Under the pieces are notes generated by a model that worked only from the letters and a program-made list of their open reading frames with translations, made no database searches and was not told where the DNA came from. Position numbers and translations under genes: made by a program. DNA of 64,000 nucleotides from Aeromicrobium sp. GTDB taxonomy: Bacteria > Actinomycetota > Actinomycetes > Propionibacteriales > Nocardioidaceae. How positions within the stretch are numbered: the stretch's first letter is position 1; the number at the start of each line of letters is the position of its first letter. Of this stretch, positions 29,722-38,789 are shown in pieces. The stretch covers positions 17,460 to 81,459 of the forward strand of contig JAOPXO010000201.1 in NCBI GenBank assembly GCA_025965115.1, given 5' to 3'.

Positions 29722-31293
29722 CTAGGTCGGCGGACGGGTCGTGTAGCTGACGTAATCGAACGCGGGCGCCTCGTCGCGTGCGAACATGCCCGAGCAGCCG
29801 TGGCGCAAGTCTTCGCATGTCCAGCGCCGGCCCGATCGCAGCGTCACGTCCAACCGGGATGTGAACAGCTGGCTGAACAGGTTGGCGTCCTTGACAGGGT
29901 CGACCGCGCCTGTGGCAGAGTCGTTCTGCCAGCGCCGCGACAGAAGCCGTCGGTCGGCCGTCGGGTCGTTGCGTAGGTACTTGTCAAACCACGCGATCGT
30001 GTACCACGTGGTGAGGTCCATACCCCGAAGCCGGGCGGGTAGCAAGGGCACGGACGAGTCGACTGTGAAGTCGGCGTGAGTCGCACCCTGAATGACGATC
30101 TGCCCGGTGTCGACATGGGCCTTCGAGTAGCGTCGTGAGGCGGCGACCTTTGCTGCGGGGTCTGTGCTTTGGACCAGTCCGGGAAGGACGAAGTCGCCGC
30201 TGATGCCGAGCGCAGGCGCGTGCATTCTCGGAGTGCGCCCGGGCGGGGCTCCGAAGCAGTCACGCGGGATCTGCGCCGCGAGCGGCATCGTGACACCGGG
30301 CAAGATCGTGGTCTGGCTGGAGAAGAACAACCCCTTGATCTCGTCGGGTGACGGCTGCACGGGAACGCAGAGGCTGTCCCAGGCGACGACCGCGTCTATG
30401 CGCGGATCGGCCTGTGCGACGTAGCTCGCGGCGACCGCGCCGTAGGAGTAGCCGGCAATGCCGACCCTCTGCGGATCGACCATCCTCCACAGCGGGTTCC
30501 ACGCCGTGTCCCGTCCCTCCGCGACGCGCCGTCGCTGCTTGTCGTCGTGGCTCTTGCCCGAAGTGCGACCCACACGCGGTATGTACCGATGGTCGGGTCG
30601 GGACAGCGCAAAATCGAGCGCGTCGACCGCGCCGTCGTAAAAGGGGCGGCCGTTGGTGGACAGCCCAGGGATGCCCGCGCCGATGGTGTCGAGGGCATCT
30701 CTTCCGACACCGAGCTGATCGGACAGTCCTTCGCCCTGGACGTCAAATGTCAGGACGACATAGCCGGCCTGCGCTAGCGCCTGGGCCTGCGGCCAGTGCC
30801 CTTGCTCGAAGTCAATCAGCGAGCCGTTAACAATGACGACCAACGGGCGCCTCGACGCTCCGGAACGCGCCGCCCAGACGTGTCCCGACAGGGTGGCACC
30901 ACTGCGCGCCGTGAAGAGCACCGGCTTGACGATGCCTCCGGTCTTGGCGGCGAAGTGGTCAAGGCGAGGGTCGCCGATGCACAGGGCGGCCAGGGTGCAC
31001 GGATTCGGATCGGGTCGACGCTCCGGGTCAGTGGTCAGAACGTGCAGCCGATCAGTCGTCGCACGAAGTGCCGCTGCGGAGACCGCCGCCTGGAACCCCA
31101 GGTTGGCCTGCGAAACCGTCCGCTCCCCCAGACGAGCCAGGTTGACCGGATCGGTCATCGTGATGAGCGGCGTCGTACGCGGAGAGTCATCGGCGTCGGA
31201 CGGGCTCGTCCCCGACCCGAGGACCATGGCCGCGACCACCGCGACGAGGCTCCAGAAGGCGACTGAACGGCGCGCGGTGCGCTTGACGTCCAT
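29722..31293 (-). CDS. Secreted alpha/beta hydrolase
   Basis: Signal peptide (TARRSVAFWSLVAVVAAM), FDVQGEGLSD, GYSYG nucleophile elbow, GATHADF; start re-set to ATG 31293. Confidence 0.75.
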   Translation of the reverse strand: MDVKRTARRSVAFWSLVAVVAAMVLGSGTSPSDADDSPRTTPLITMTDPVNLARLGERTVSQANLGFQAAVSAAALRATTDRLHVLTTDPERRPDPNPCTLAALCIGDPRLDHFAAKTGGIVKPVLFTARSGATLSGHVWAARSGASRRPLVVIVNGSLIDFEQGHWPQAQALAQAGYVVLTFDVQGEGLSDQLGVGRDALDTIGAGIPGLSTNGRPFYDGAVDALDFALSRPDHRYIPRVGRTSGKSHDDKQRRRVAEGRDTAWNPLWRMVDPQRVGIAGYSYGAVAASYVAQADPRIDAVVAWDSLCVPVQPSPDEIKGLFFSSQTTILPGVTMPLAAQIPRDCFGAPPGRTPRMHAPALGISGDFVLPGLVQSTDPAAKVAASRRYSKAHVDTGQIVIQGATHADFTVDSSVPLLPARLRGMDLTTWYTIAWFDKYLRNDPTADRRLLSRRWQNDSATGAVDPVKDANLFSQLFTSRLDVTLRSGRRWTCEDLRHGCSGMFARDEAPAFDYVSYTTRPPT

Positions 31294-31396
31294 CTGCGAA
31301 TATTGCCAACGCTTACCTACTAGCACATGGTTTTCTTCCCGTCCGAGGTCAGAGCGCATCTGCATGGACGACCCAGTGGGCCATCCGCGCGCAGGC

Positions 31397-34129
31397 TCAG
31401 GTCTTGACATCAGCGTCGCTCTTCGTCGGCTCACCGAGATAGGAGGCCCGCACCGCAGCGTCCGTCTTGATCTCCTCCGGCGCACCCTCCGCGATGACGC
31501 GACCGAAGTCGAGCACCACGACCCGATCAGCCGTGCGAAGAACCATCGGCACGTCGTGCTCGATGAGGAGGACCGCGATGCCCCAGTCGTCGGCGAGTCG
31601 CCGGACGAGGTGCCCGAGCTCGGCGCTCTCGTTTTCGTCGAGGCCTGCAGCAGGCTCGTCCAGCAGTAACACTGACGGCCTACCCGCAACCGCCCTGGCG
31701 ATCGCCACGAGGCGACGCTCGCCGTGCGACAGGCCGTCGGGGCGTCGCCCGAGCAGATGGGCGAGGTGGAGTTCGTCGACCGCCGCGGCGAAGGTATCGC
31801 TCATGATGGGCCGTCCTGGACGGATGAGGTCTGTCACGTACGCACGCAAGTCGTGGCGGTCGGAGGCCACCAGCAAGTTTTCCTCCACCGTGAGGTCGTC
31901 GAACAGTTCGAGCGACTGGAATGACCTTGTGAGGCCGGCTCGCGAACGTCGGGTGGGAGTCCAAGACGTGATGGCGTCGTTTCCGAGGCGCACGGCGCCA
32001 CTCGTCACCCGGCTGTAGCCGGAGACAGCATCGATCAGCGTCGTCTTGCCGGCACCGTTGGGTCCTAGCAGCCCGACGACCTCGCCTGGTCGCAGCGTGA
32101 GCGACACCTCGCTGAGCGCTGTGAATCCACCGAACCGCTGGGTCAGGCCTTCCACCTCGAGGATCAAAGGTGGCACGGTCACCTGCGGGCGGCTGCGCTG
32201 GACGACGACGTCGGCGGCGCCCGCAGGATCTTCGCCAGCGTCCTTGCGGCTTAGACGGTTCACCGCGGCCGAAGCGCGGGCACTGACCCGGTCGACGACA
32301 CCGTGCTGGTTGAGGATGAGGGTCGTCAGCAGCAGGACGCCCGTGGCGAGCGGCAGATAGGAGATGATGTCCGACTCCCCGTTGGTCGCGGCGTCACCGA
32401 AGGGCAGCACCGCCACACCGCCCACGGCGAGTAGTGCGCCGACTATCGGTCCGAAGACGTAGCCCGCACCACCAATGACCGTCAGGACGAGTAGGCTGAT
32501 CGACGCGTCCGGCGTATACAACTGCTGGTAAAGGATCGTGCTGTAGCTGAACCCCAGCAGGACGCCGCCGATACCGGCGATCCCTGCGGATAGCGTGAAG
32601 GCGTACAGCTTGCTCTGGAAGACGCTGATGCCAGCAGCGGCAGCAGCCCGCTCGTTGGCGCGCACGGCCAGCAGTCGCCGACCCGTGCGGCCCTTTCGCA
32701 GGTTCGCCACCATGATCGCCAGCACCACGAGAGTCACCAAGCACAACAACGCGAAATGGTCGGAGTGGGTGATGGGATTGATGTCGATCCCAAACAGCGT
32801 GGGGGTCTCGATCCGGGTCTGCTCCGCCCCGCCGGTGTAGGAACTGTTGCTGAACAGCATCTGGAAGAGTGCGAACCCCAGACCGAAGGTCACGACCGCG
32901 AGGTTGACACCGCGGGTGCGGAGGGCAGGCAGGCCGAACAACAGTCCAACGAGCATGGCCACGATGACCCCGGTCGGCAGTGCCACCTCGAGCGGCCAGT
33001 CTCGCGCCACCACGAGCCGACCGGCGACGAACGCCCCGACGCCGCCGATCGAGAACTGGGCGAACGACAGCTGACCGGCATAGCCCGTAAGCACGAGCAC
33101 TGAGAGCCCGAAGATCGCGAACGTGAGCGAGATGATGAGTGGCGGATACCACGAGTCCGGAGCGAAGTAGACGAGAAAGAGCACCGACACGAGGACGACG
33201 GGCAGCAGGATCGTGGGACGAAGACCCCCGGTCCCGACTCGGGGCAGGCGGTCGGTCGCGGTGCCGCGCACGGGCAGTCCCCGGCCCCGCACAATCAGCA
33301 CCACAATGATGAGGAGGAACGGGATTGCATCGGGGAAGCCGGTCTGGTCGACATAGCGGGTCGCGAGAGACTGCGCTACCCCAATCAGCAGACCGCCCAC
33401 CAGCACGAGCCAGAACGAACGGAACTGTCCGAACAGGGCGGTCGACAGACCGCCGATGATGAGGACGCTCATCTGTGTGACGGACATGAACCCCGTCGAG
33501 GTGGCAGGAAACAGTGCGCCGGCGAGGCCGGCGAGGGCACCACCGAGTCCCCAGGTCAGACCAGCCAGCAGGTCGGGCGACCAGCCGAGCGCAGCCGCCG
33601 CCCGGGGGTTTTCCGCCGCCGCCGAGATTGCATGCCCGATGCGTGTGCGAGCGGACAGGAACGCCAGCGCGACGATCAGGACGACGACGACGCCGGCCAG
33701 GTAGAAGTTCTGCTCGCCGACGACTACACCAGGCCGGACCTCGACTGCGTCCGTCGGAAGGGGGAGCGGCACGGTTCGCTGCTCAGCCCCGTACTTGAGG
33801 ATGATCACCTGAGTGGTGATCGTCAGGATGCCGAGGGTCGCGATGACGCGCGACAACGGACCGGCCGCGCGCAGCGGCCTCATCACCAGGAAGTGCACGG
33901 CCACGCCGACGACGGCGACAAGCACCACTGCAACCGTGAGGGCGACCGGGAATGACGCCCCGTGGTTGGTCCGCAATTCGAAGACGGTATAGGCGCCGAG
34001 GACGGCAAAGCCGCCCTGGGCGAAGTTGATGATGCCCGAGCCTCGGTAAATCGTTACGAGGCCGGCCGCCAGGATGACATTGATGGCGCCGGTGCCAACG
34101 CCGATCAGGGCGAAAGTCAAGAACTCCAT
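31397..34129 (-). CDS. Fused branched-chain-type ABC permease (LivH/LivM) plus ATPase
   Basis: INFAQG, GYAGQLSFAQ, GPNGAGKTT, LLDEPAAGL. Confidence 0.9.
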   Translation of the reverse strand: MEFLTFALIGVGTGAINVILAAGLVTIYRGSGIINFAQGGFAVLGAYTVFELRTNHGASFPVALTVAVVLVAVVGVAVHFLVMRPLRAAGPLSRVIATLGILTITTQVIILKYGAEQRTVPLPLPTDAVEVRPGVVVGEQNFYLAGVVVVLIVALAFLSARTRIGHAISAAAENPRAAAALGWSPDLLAGLTWGLGGALAGLAGALFPATSTGFMSVTQMSVLIIGGLSTALFGQFRSFWLVLVGGLLIGVAQSLATRYVDQTGFPDAIPFLLIIVVLIVRGRGLPVRGTATDRLPRVGTGGLRPTILLPVVLVSVLFLVYFAPDSWYPPLIISLTFAIFGLSVLVLTGYAGQLSFAQFSIGGVGAFVAGRLVVARDWPLEVALPTGVIVAMLVGLLFGLPALRTRGVNLAVVTFGLGFALFQMLFSNSSYTGGAEQTRIETPTLFGIDINPITHSDHFALLCLVTLVVLAIMVANLRKGRTGRRLLAVRANERAAAAAGISVFQSKLYAFTLSAGIAGIGGVLLGFSYSTILYQQLYTPDASISLLVLTVIGGAGYVFGPIVGALLAVGGVAVLPFGDAATNGESDIISYLPLATGVLLLTTLILNQHGVVDRVSARASAAVNRLSRKDAGEDPAGAADVVVQRSRPQVTVPPLILEVEGLTQRFGGFTALSEVSLTLRPGEVVGLLGPNGAGKTTLIDAVSGYSRVTSGAVRLGNDAITSWTPTRRSRAGLTRSFQSLELFDDLTVEENLLVASDRHDLRAYVTDLIRPGRPIMSDTFAAAVDELHLAHLLGRRPDGLSHGERRLVAIARAVAGRPSVLLLDEPAAGLDENESAELGHLVRRLADDWGIAVLLIEHDVPMVLRTADRVVVLDFGRVIAEGAPEEIKTDAAVRASYLGEPTKSDADVKT

Positions 34130-34827
34130 CAGAGGTCTCCCCTCAGGTAGTGGTGGGCGATCTCGTCCGCCGAGGCGCGCAACTCTGCTCCGGTTCCGGA
34201 CATCACGAGCCGTCCGCGGCGGAGGACATAGCCTTTGTCGGCGAACTCCAGAGCCTGGCTGACATGCTGCTCGACAAGCAGGATCGCGACGCCGCGATCG
34301 GCCGCGTCGCGCAATGCGGTGAGCATTCGCTGGACGACGAGCGGCGCTAGGCCCAGGGAGAGCTCGTCGGCCAGCAGTACTCGTGGCTCGGCGGCGAGGA
34401 TCCGGGCGAGCGCCAGCATCTGCTGCTGGCCGCCCGAGAGCAGACCCGCCTTCTTGCGGAGGTGCGGTTCGAGCTCGGGGAAATACTCAAGCGCCTTGTC
34501 GGCGGACCCCCGACCGACGGCGAGATTCTGCCACCCAGTCAGCTGCATGAACACGCACCGACCCTCGGTGAGGAACCCGAGGCCATGACGGGCGCGGTAG
34601 TCGAGTCCACGGCGTTTGACGTCGCCGAGCACCTCGACCTCGCCCTCGAACGGCACGAGCTCCCCCGCGATCGTCGACAACGTCGTTGTCTTCCCGGCGC
34701 CGTTCGCGCCGACGAGAGCGGCGATCTCTCCCGGCGCGACCTCGAGATCGCAATCGCGGATTGCCGGTGTGGACCCGTGTCCTGCCGTCATTCCGATGGT
34801 TCTTATAGCCGCGGCGGTAGCGGTCAT
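34129..34827 (-). CDS. LivF-type ABC ATPase
   Basis: GANGAGKTT, LSGGQQQMLA, DELSLGLAP. Confidence 0.9.
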   Translation of the reverse strand: MTATAAAIRTIGMTAGHGSTPAIRDCDLEVAPGEIAALVGANGAGKTTTLSTIAGELVPFEGEVEVLGDVKRRGLDYRARHGLGFLTEGRCVFMQLTGWQNLAVGRGSADKALEYFPELEPHLRKKAGLLSGGQQQMLALARILAAEPRVLLADELSLGLAPLVVQRMLTALRDAADRGVAILLVEQHVSQALEFADKGYVLRRGRLVMSGTGAELRASADEIAHHYLRGDL

Positions 34828-34854
34828 GGGACTCCCTCCCTGAAATGCGAGTGG

Positions 34855-34893
34855 CACCGGTGCCAGGGACGGCGTTCCATCCCAGGCACCGGT
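34855..34893. terminator. Intra-operon stem-loop after the binding-protein gene
   Basis: CACCGGTGCC...GGCACCGGTG inverted repeat. Confidence 0.55.
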
Positions 34894-34903
34894 GATGAAC
34901 AAC

Positions 34904-36100
34904 TCAGCCGCCGAACAACGGCGACAAGTCTTCGAAGTCGCCTTCCTGCACGACCGTGTCGCCATCGGCCTTCAGGAAGATGATCTGACGGTTGAAGACT
35001 CGGTTCAGACCAGGCACCGCGAACTCCTTCGTGAAGTCGACAGGTGCCATGAGCCCTCCTGCGTCCTCGTTCGAAGCGGCGCGGAGGCCCGCAACGATTG
35101 ACTTGGATGTCACATCGTCCTGCCCCTGGAGCACGTCCGCAAGAACTCGGTATGAGGCCCACGTGTTCTGGTTGTACACCCCAGTCCAGTCGACCCTGTC
35201 AGTCGATGCCTTTGCGTCCTTCCAGACATCCTCGGAGGCCGGCACGAAGCTGACCGCGGTGAATGCCCCATCAAGCGCGCCATGTGCGCCCTTGATCGTC
35301 GTCTCGTTCAGTGCACCGGCCACGAGGTAGAGGTGCGACTTGACGCCGACGCTCTTGCCCGCGACCGCCGTGGCAACGATCTGGTCGTTGGGCAATCCGA
35401 CGATGGCGCAGTCGACCTTGCCGATCTGCTTCGCCACGCTCGTGAAGTCTGTCGTCGTCGTCGGCACCTTGACCGCGGTCGGCGTGTCGCCACCGCCCGC
35501 CTTGACGCCGTTGGCGATCAGGGTCGCAGCGCTGACGGCAGTCGGCACGTCGTATAGGACAGTCGCGACCGACTTGCAGCCGTCCTTGCCCGCGCGCTGG
35601 CCCAGACCTGCGAAGGCCGTCGATCCAGCGAGCAATGGATACGAGTCCTTGCTGGCCAGCTCGTCGGCGGAGAACCCGGGAGGGCCGATCCACGGGATTC
35701 CGGCCTTCTCGATGACGGGGACAATGCTCGCACCAGACAATGTGAAGCCGCCCACGACGGCGACCACCCTCTTCGAAACTGCCTGTCGCGCGCATCCTGC
35801 CGCCGTGTTGGGGTCGTTGCCGTCGTTGCAGGTGATGACCTTGACCTCATGGCCGTTCAGGCCACCTGCATCGTTGATGGCCTTCACCGAGGCATTCGCC
35901 GCCTCCATGATCTCCGGCTCATTGATGGCCGCCGTTTTGATCGGCGCAATCGTCATGACCGTGACCGGGTCGCCAGTGAACGTCACGTCCGACGTACCCC
36001 CTGAACCCGAGTCACTTCCTCCACATGCCGAGAGTGACAGCATCGTGCTGACCCCCAGCACTGTGATTCGCAAGCCATATTTGGTCGTTCTCGTACGCAT
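34904..36100 (-). CDS. ABC substrate-binding lipoprotein (LivJ/PBP1 type)
   Basis: LSAC lipobox, INDAGGLNGH...CND...DPN motif. Confidence 0.88.
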   Translation of the reverse strand: MRTRTTKYGLRITVLGVSTMLSLSACGGSDSGSGGTSDVTFTGDPVTVMTIAPIKTAAINEPEIMEAANASVKAINDAGGLNGHEVKVITCNDGNDPNTAAGCARQAVSKRVVAVVGGFTLSGASIVPVIEKAGIPWIGPPGFSADELASKDSYPLLAGSTAFAGLGQRAGKDGCKSVATVLYDVPTAVSAATLIANGVKAGGGDTPTAVKVPTTTTDFTSVAKQIGKVDCAIVGLPNDQIVATAVAGKSVGVKSHLYLVAGALNETTIKGAHGALDGAFTAVSFVPASEDVWKDAKASTDRVDWTGVYNQNTWASYRVLADVLQGQDDVTSKSIVAGLRAASNEDAGGLMAPVDFTKEFAVPGLNRVFNRQIIFLKADGDTVVQEGDFEDLSPLFGG

Positions 36101-36139
36101 GAACGTCTCCCTCACTTGTCGGTGAACCCGAACTTCGGC

Positions 36140-36155
36140 TGTGATGCGAGTCACA
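36140..36155. promoter_or_regulatory. CRP/GlxR-type site
   Basis: Perfect TGTGA-tgcgag-TCACA. Confidence 0.6.
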
Positions 36156-36174
36156 GCTGCGGGTCGCCCGGAGC

Positions 36175-36187
36175 CTATAGGCATTAG
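36175..36187. promoter_or_regulatory. Degenerate island operator
   Basis: cCTATAggcATTAGgttt upstream of ABC operon. Confidence 0.5.
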
Positions 36188-36437
36188 GTTTATACCGCAA
36201 GAAGTTCACCAAAGAAAGTTGGCTTAGAACTCCCCGGTGCGACATGCGTCAGTCCGTGAGCACCTCACAGCGGCCGCGGGTAGTCGGGGAAACATTTGCA
36301 CCACCGATCACTCCGGAATGGAACCGGTCGATAGCCCCGTGCGCTTTTTTTTCGTGCGCACGCCCAACACTTGGGATCAACGTCTCCGACGACAGTCTGG
36401 TCAGGCAACAAGCGGTCTTCCGGCGGGCAACCGCACA

Positions 36438-36460
36438 ACTTGTGTAACTACTTGTGTAAC
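36438..36460. repeat. Tandem ACTTGTGTAAC repeat, possible integrase arm-type site
   Basis: Two copies at 12-bp period about 55 bp from the tRNA 3' end. Confidence 0.45.
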
Positions 36461-36514
36461 AGGGCCACAAGCGGCGAAGCCACGAATTCCATGACCGCAG
36501 GTCAGAGTATTAAT

Positions 36515-36590
36515 TGGAGCCCCCGACAGGAGTCGAACCCGCGACATCCTCATTACAAGTGAGGCGCTCTACCAACTGAGCTACAGGGGC
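36515..36590 (-). tRNA. tRNA-Thr(TGT)
   Basis: GCCCCTGTAGCTCAGTTGGTAGAGCG CCTCA-CT-TGT-AA-TGAGG ...GGTTCGACTCC...GGGGGCTCCA; cloverleaf with encoded CCA. Confidence 0.97.
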
Positions 36591-36699
36591 GTACGGACCG
36601 AAGTCCGGAATCCATCGTAGTGGGGCCTGACTGCCAGGTCTTGTGGTGGCTCCCGGGCTGGGCTTATCGTGCGACATGCTCAAAATCCACTTCCCCATC

Positions 36700-37599
36700 A
36701 TGAGCACCATCAGTCACTCCCGTACCACAGCCCGGATCCGAGGTCTCGGCGTGGCGCTGGCCCTTGCGGCGTTGGTGCTGCCTGTTGCCAGCGCTCAGGC
36801 AGCCAGCAAGCCCAAGCCGAAGCCGGTGGCCACGGACAAGGTCCTGGTCATCGTGATGGAGAACCACGCCCTGACGCAGATCAAGAAGGAGGCGCCGTTC
36901 ACCTATGGGTTGGGCACGAAGTACGGGCTGGGCACCGACATGGAAGCGATCACGCACCCGTCAAAGCCCAACTACGCCGCCATGAGCATGGGCGAGACGC
37001 GTGGCCTGACCTCGGACAGCGGCAAGACCGCCAACGGCGGCACGGTGTTCGGGGCCACGATCAAGGCCGGCCGTACGGCGAAGGTGATGGCCGAGTCGAT
37101 GGGGGACGAGCGCTGCCGCACGAGTTCGGCGGGCAAGTACGTGCCGCGGCACAACCCGTGGACATACAACCCCGACGAACAGGCCACTTGCCTCAAGTAC
37201 GACTTCTCCTACGACACCTACGGCGCCGGCGACATCAAGGCCGGCAAGCTCGGCAATGTGGAGATGCTGATCCCCAACGACTGCAACAACGCGCACGACT
37301 GCTCGCTGGGCACCTTTGACGCATGGATGCGCACCGCGTGGTCACGGATCACCGCAGGACCGGACTGGAAGGCGCACCGGCTGACCGTGGTGATCACCGC
37401 CGATGAGGATGACAAGAAGCACGACAACGTGATCCCGCTGATCGTCGCCAACCCCTCGCTGTCGCACAAGGTGGTCAAGTCGAAGCTCACCCTGTATTCA
37501 CTCAATCGGCTGCTGACCGACTTCGGTCACGTCGCCCACATGGCGAACGGCAAGAAGGCCGCTGACATGGCGAAGGCGTTCGGTCTCAAGGTCAAGTGA
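36700..37599 (+). CDS. Secreted phosphoesterase (SapM/acid phosphatase-like)
   Basis: Signal peptide; MENH, THPSKPNY, RHNP, NNAHD, TADE motifs. Confidence 0.82.
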   Translation: MSTISHSRTTARIRGLGVALALAALVLPVASAQAASKPKPKPVATDKVLVIVMENHALTQIKKEAPFTYGLGTKYGLGTDMEAITHPSKPNYAAMSMGETRGLTSDSGKTANGGTVFGATIKAGRTAKVMAESMGDERCRTSSAGKYVPRHNPWTYNPDEQATCLKYDFSYDTYGAGDIKAGKLGNVEMLIPNDCNNAHDCSLGTFDAWMRTAWSRITAGPDWKAHRLTVVITADEDDKKHDNVIPLIVANPSLSHKVVKSKLTLYSLNRLLTDFGHVAHMANGKKAADMAKAFGLKVK

Positions 37600-37625
37600 C
37601 TCCCGGGTCGCGGCATACTGGCCGG

Positions 37626-38789
37626 GTGCCTGAACCGTTCGACAGACTCCTCAACGCCACCGCCGATCTGGACACTCCGTTCGCGATCGTCGACGAACCA
37701 GCCTTGTGGGCGAATGCCGACGATCTCGTCCGTCGGGCTGCGGGAGTCCCGATCCGAGTGGCCAGCAAGTCCGTACGTGTGCGGTCGATCATCGAGCGGA
37801 CGCTGGCGCGCGATGGTTTCGCCGGCGTCATGTCCTACTCGCTGGCTGAGTCCAACTGGCTCGCCGACCACGGCATCGACGACATCCTGCTGGCCTATCC
37901 GACGACGAGCCGCGCGGCTCTTGCCGACCTGGTCGCCGACGACAGGCGGCGCGCGGCGATCACCGTGATGGTCGACAGCACCGAGACGATCGACCACCTC
38001 GATCAGCTGCTGGGAGCAGGGCATCCGGCCATCCGGGTCTGCATCGATGTCGACGCCTCGCTCAAGCTCGGGCCCGTGCACCTGGGCGTACGCCGCTCCC
38101 CCGTGCACTCGGCCCAGCAGGCCAGCGCGCTCGCCGCGGCAATCGCTGCGCGACCGGGCTTCGACCTCGTCGGAGTGATGTTCTACGACGCGCAGATCGC
38201 CGGGCTGCCCGACAGCTCGCCGGCGGTGCGCCTGGTCAAGAAGCGCTCCGCCGCAGAGCTGCTCGACCGCCGCAGCACCGTCATCGCCGCGGTCAGCGAT
38301 CACACGAAGCTCGAGATCGTCAACGCCGGCGGCACCGGCAGCCTCGAGGTCACCGGCGCGGATCCGGCCATCACGGAGCTGACCGCGGGCTCCGGCCTGT
38401 TCACTCCGACCCTGTTCGACGGCTATGACGCCTTCGAGGCGCGCGCCGCCGCGTACTTCGTGCTCTCGGTCGTACGCAAACCGACGCCGGACATCGCGAC
38501 GCTGTTCGCCGGCGGCTACATCGCCTCGGGGCCGACCAACAAGAACCGCCAACCGTCACCAACCTGGCCGGCCGGCCTGGCGCTGATCGGCACCGAGGGC
38601 GCCGGTGAGGTACAGACGCCGGTCAAGGGCAAGGCCGCCCGCGATCTGGGCGTCGGTGATCGGGTCGTGATGCGCTACGCCAAGGCCGGCGAGATGTGCG
38701 AAAGGTTCGACCGGGTGGCCCTGGTCAGCGTCGATGGTGACGTCGAGCTGCTGCCGACTTATCGGGGTGAAGGGAAGAGCTTCGGGTGA
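37626..38789 (+). CDS. PLP-dependent alanine-racemase-fold protein (amino acid aldolase/deaminase, DSD1-like)
   Basis: IRVASKSVR, NAGGTGS, EGAGEVQTP, PTYRGEG; probable GTG start at 37626. Confidence 0.82.
   Translation: MPEPFDRLLNATADLDTPFAIVDEPALWANADDLVRRAAGVPIRVASKSVRVRSIIERTLARDGFAGVMSYSLAESNWLADHGIDDILLAYPTTSRAALADLVADDRRRAAITVMVDSTETIDHLDQLLGAGHPAIRVCIDVDASLKLGPVHLGVRRSPVHSAQQASALAAAIAARPGFDLVGVMFYDAQIAGLPDSSPAVRLVKKRSAAELLDRRSTVIAAVSDHTKLEIVNAGGTGSLEVTGADPAITELTAGSGLFTPTLFDGYDAFEARAAAYFVLSVVRKPTPDIATLFAGGYIASGPTNKNRQPSPTWPAGLALIGTEGAGEVQTPVKGKAARDLGVGDRVVMRYAKAGEMCERFDRVALVSVDGDVELLPTYRGEGKSFG

Noticed and set aside
31293-31689. N-terminal extension of the hydrolase ORF in the track
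   Set aside because: Overlaps the ABC gene; the signal peptide begins at ATG 31293
1-36100. Calling the island a cholesterol (Mce4/KstR) cluster
   Set aside because: No KstR boxes seen in the island and no kstD, hsa or igr genes; the operator is different
36244-36447. 67-aa ORF as an integrase remnant
   Set aside because: Position is suggestive, but no catalytic R-H-R-H-Y residues are recognisable
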